Shown: positions 60,746 through 64,000 of the stretch, one piece after another
Position numbering within the stretch: position 1 is the stretch's first letter
How the letters are laid out: every line of letters begins with the position of its first letter
Assembly (NCBI GenBank): GCA_045837725.1
Contig: JBEWZL010000202.1
Coordinates: 1-64,000 of the forward strand
Source of the DNA: Vermamoeba vermiformis
Taxonomy: Eukaryota
Length of the DNA stretch: 64,000 bases
Direction: 5' to 3'
The notes under the pieces: generated by a model
The model's input: the letters and a program-made list of their open reading frames with translations, nothing else
What the model was told of the DNA's origin: nothing
Database searches by the model: none
Program-made: the position numbers and the translations under genes

Positions 60746-63097
60746 ATGAGTCATATTGTGGCTAAATTAATTACACGATCAATATCTCGCCATGTAGCAG
60801 CGACTAAGCCTCTCATCCACACTTCAAAGCCCTATACTACTGGCAGAACAGATATTAGGCTTACTAATGTTCACAGCAATACTGATAAGCACTTCAATAT
60901 GCTCGCTAAACAAATGCCGAAAAATATTATGAAAATTACATCTGGACGATCGTCCTACTCAGCGGCCGTAAATCCTAAAAACGGTACGTATATTTTATTG
61001 AATGCTAGATATATATTAACAATATTAGGCAGGAGGAATTATTCGATACCAGTGTCAAAAGCGGCGCAGGATCAACAATTGTTAGTTGCTTTAGGTACTA
61101 AATCGATAATTAGCGGCCTAAATCAATTCTTATTATTCGATTTCAATCAGCTTATCGGCTGCTTGAGAACGGTGATGCTCAAGGAGGCATTCTATTTGAA
61201 CGGCTATTAAAGTACGCTCCTAATGATGAACGAGTAGTCTATGGCTATGGTACGTTAATGCGATAAATTACTTCGTTTAATACCAGTAGTTTTGTCGAAG
61301 ATGAACGAGGCTCAAGGCCGATTGGATCTGTTGGAAGAATTGGTGGAAAAACTTAAAAGCAACAATTCGATATCAACCACACGTGGAGCCAAGAAGTATT
61401 TTCCTTCAGTCCTTGGCTTAATAAAATTACGTCGAGCAGAATTTAGAACATTAGCCGGACATGAATTCACGGCAGCGGATCGGAGTGAGATCAGCGAGGC
61501 CATCAAATATTTTGAAGAGGCAGTGAACAACTTACCCGAGCACTCTCCTTTGTTGACTATGTTAGGCGAGACATATCTCCAGCAAGGAAGATTAGATGAA
61601 GCCAAGTCAGTGCTGACCAAGGCCGCAAAAGTCGATCCAACTTCACCGATGCCACTCGGCGCCTTGGCGATGCTTAACATTCAATTGGGCAATGCTAATG
61701 AAGCCTTCAAGTTGATAAAGAAAGCAACTAAAGTAGCCCCAGCCTCACAGATTGCGTGGGACAATCTAGCCCACATGTATAAACTTACTGGTGAGTAGTC
61801 ACATTCGCCGCGTTAATATTTTCGGAATATCTATAAATAACGTTATTTGTTCTTAAAAGATAATCTCTAATTGATTGCACTAGGCAATCATCAAGACGAA
61901 ATGACGTGTCGCAAGACAAGTGCTGAGCTGGGATTGAGGCCAACACTTCAATACGGCATTCTGTTGATGAGGAACAATGTTGATCAAGCCATTGGCGCGT
62001 TTAACTTGGTGTTGGGTCTTAACGAACACAAAGACCATCCACTGGCGCTTGATGGCCTGGCTAGTTGTTTGTATCTCCAAGGACACATCGATGAGGCTCT
62101 GTCCTACTTTGAAAAGTTAAGCGGAGAACAATGTGCCAGGGCATTAGGTACCTGATCTAGCGTTCCATTATTGCGCGCTAATTGATTCTTTTGCAGCTGA
62201 AGCACGCATGACAGAGCCAGCATTGTCCTTGCTCAAACTGCTGCACGAAAGATTTCCAGACCGCAAGGCACAACTGTTCAAAGCTGAAATGTTGGTGCAC
62301 GCGATGAATAGAGACTATGCAAAGGAGTTTGAGGCTGATAAGAAGTCATTGGCAGCCTCTAATGACCCGTGTGACACTGCCAAGTTACAGCTCTTGAAGT
62401 ACGGACTTTGATCGTGTTGACAATACCTACTCACCGTTCATTAGCAATGATGTCGATGGTGCATTGAAAACAGTGGAGACATCATCGATAGACCAACAAA
62501 CACTGCACGGAGCTTTGACTGTTGCCAGAGTGATGCTCGCAGCTGTACGTACATCATACCAACGAGAGAGTGATCGTTTGCAGTGACATGTAGTGCGTGC
62601 AGGGTCGAGTTCAAGAAGCGAAAGACTTGCTTGAGCGCTATGACAGTGACAGCAGCGATGAAGTCGTTGAGTTACTGACGAGGGTTTATCTTGCACTCGA
62701 CTCAGACAATAGTTTGGCCCAAGCTGAGGCCTATTGTCTCGAACACCAGCACAGGTCTGCCGCAGCACTGGCCCTCAGCGAGATTTATCGCCGCAGAGGT
62801 CAGTGAATGTGCTCCATTCAGCCACAATTGTGTCATTAACAGGGCCTGTCAGGTGATTACAAACAAGCAGTGGAGAGTTGGAACAAGGCCTGGACCATCG
62901 ACAACGACTCCATTGAGTTTGTACAAGCCCCTTATGCCTGTCCCGAGCGGTACTTCGTGTATCAACAACGCGCCAAGATCTTGGAGTCCATGGGCGACAT
63001 TGACGCGGCAGTTGAAGAGTACAACAACGTGTTGGCCATCAATCCACTCGATCAGTGCTCGAAAGAACGATTGGTAGCAAAACGTCTGCATAATTGA
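60746..63097 (+). CDS. TPR-repeat protein with possible mitochondrial presequence
   Basis: MSHIVAKLITRSISR; multiple TPRs (LGETYLQQGRLDEAKSVLTKAAKVDP etc.); multi-exon. Confidence 0.8.
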
Positions 63098-63466
63098 ATT
63101 CAAACCGTCTTTCTGTTGGTTATTCTGATTTCCAACATTATTATTATCGGCATACTGCAACTTCTAAAAGGTGAACGACGATTTAAAAAATTATAATTTA
63201 AATAATTTAGATTTTCTACCCTTTAATTAGCAAATCTTACGCGTCTTTTCGAAAAACGAAGGAATATTAAAAGTCAAGAGAGGACTGTTCTCATTTTCCT
63301 GAGGGCTAGATTTCAAGGTGGTATTTGCACGGTTCCTCGTGTTCATATTTTGCGTATTTACTAATTAATGACGACATGAGACATCGTGTGTCATATCTTT
63401 GACCAAGTTTGACCTGTCCGGATAAAAAATCAGGATTAAATCGCGGTCTCATTCAATCATATCAAA

Positions 63467-63969
63467 ATGAGCACTGCACAACAACGAGACATCAATCATA
63501 ATAGTAATCGGCCTGCACAGTGCCCTCCATCAACGGGGCTGCGAGCTTTCTCGATCTTATTGGTGCTCGTTGAACTATGCAAGATTGCCTTATTCAGCTA
63601 CTTCTCCAAAAGATTTTACATTGATCATATAATTGCAATCAACTCATTAGCTGGAGTAATCAGCTGGATCAGTTCGAATAACACAAAAACATTTGGATCT
63701 ATTTTTGGCGCGTTAGGTGCGTCTTATCAACTATAATTATAATTTATTATGCTAATGGGTTTTTAGCATTCTTGTACAGCTTTGGCAACGAATTAGTACG
63801 CATACGGTCCAATTCGTTGAAACCTGTCGGGCAGTATTCAACTCCATTATTGGCCATTGTCCCTTTGTCTCTCATGGCACTGCTTCATATTATTCAAGTA
63901 ATTTTGTTAATACGAAGAGCTGTAGTGCAAAGAAGATACCCATCCAACGGCGATATTAAACGTGATTAG
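63467..63969 (+). CDS. small multi-pass membrane protein (about 4 TM)
   Basis: Two ORFs joined by a short GT-AG intron near 63718-63767; hydrophobic segments. Confidence 0.6.
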
Positions 63970-64000
63970 AAGTAGTGCGACGACGTGTCATTCATTAACA

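Overview
Gene-dense eukaryotic DNA with short GT-AG introns (mostly about 45-80 nt) and many head-to-head gene pairs. An amoebozoan-type protist is inferred from the family C GPCR with a BMP ectodomain, the KCTD9-like gene and the DH-PH-RhoGAP fusion. About 29 protein-coding genes can be supported. Recognisable ones are DSC3, MRPL33, DCAF11, a DH-PH-RhoGAP, HemK, PRPF3, KCTD9-like, LRRC58-like, a Stealth-family protein, a class C GPCR, a ceramide/sphingosine kinase, a membrane-bound bZIP, an aldo-keto reductase, an esterase, GTF3C3, SKA3, HAUS7, an FHA protein, RNASEH2A, a kinase, an F-box/LRR protein and TPR proteins. The first ~2.2 kb is a CpG-depleted decayed repeat zone with tRNA-like remnants. 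The most notable observations are: (1) a head-to-head pair of a stand-alone YbjN-like protein and a YbjN-like-domain kinase; (2) a TOM1/GPR137-type 7TM protein with a very large Cys-rich ectodomain; (3) a helical bundle + Cbl-EF-hand + FHA protein; (4) CpG-deamination signatures in the repeat zone; (5) strong CACGTG/TGACACGTGTCA enrichment; (6) hairpin-forming direct repeats flanking the F-box gene; (7) two probable pseudoenzymes. All family calls come from motif recognition by eye, not database searches, and multi-exon boundaries are manual.
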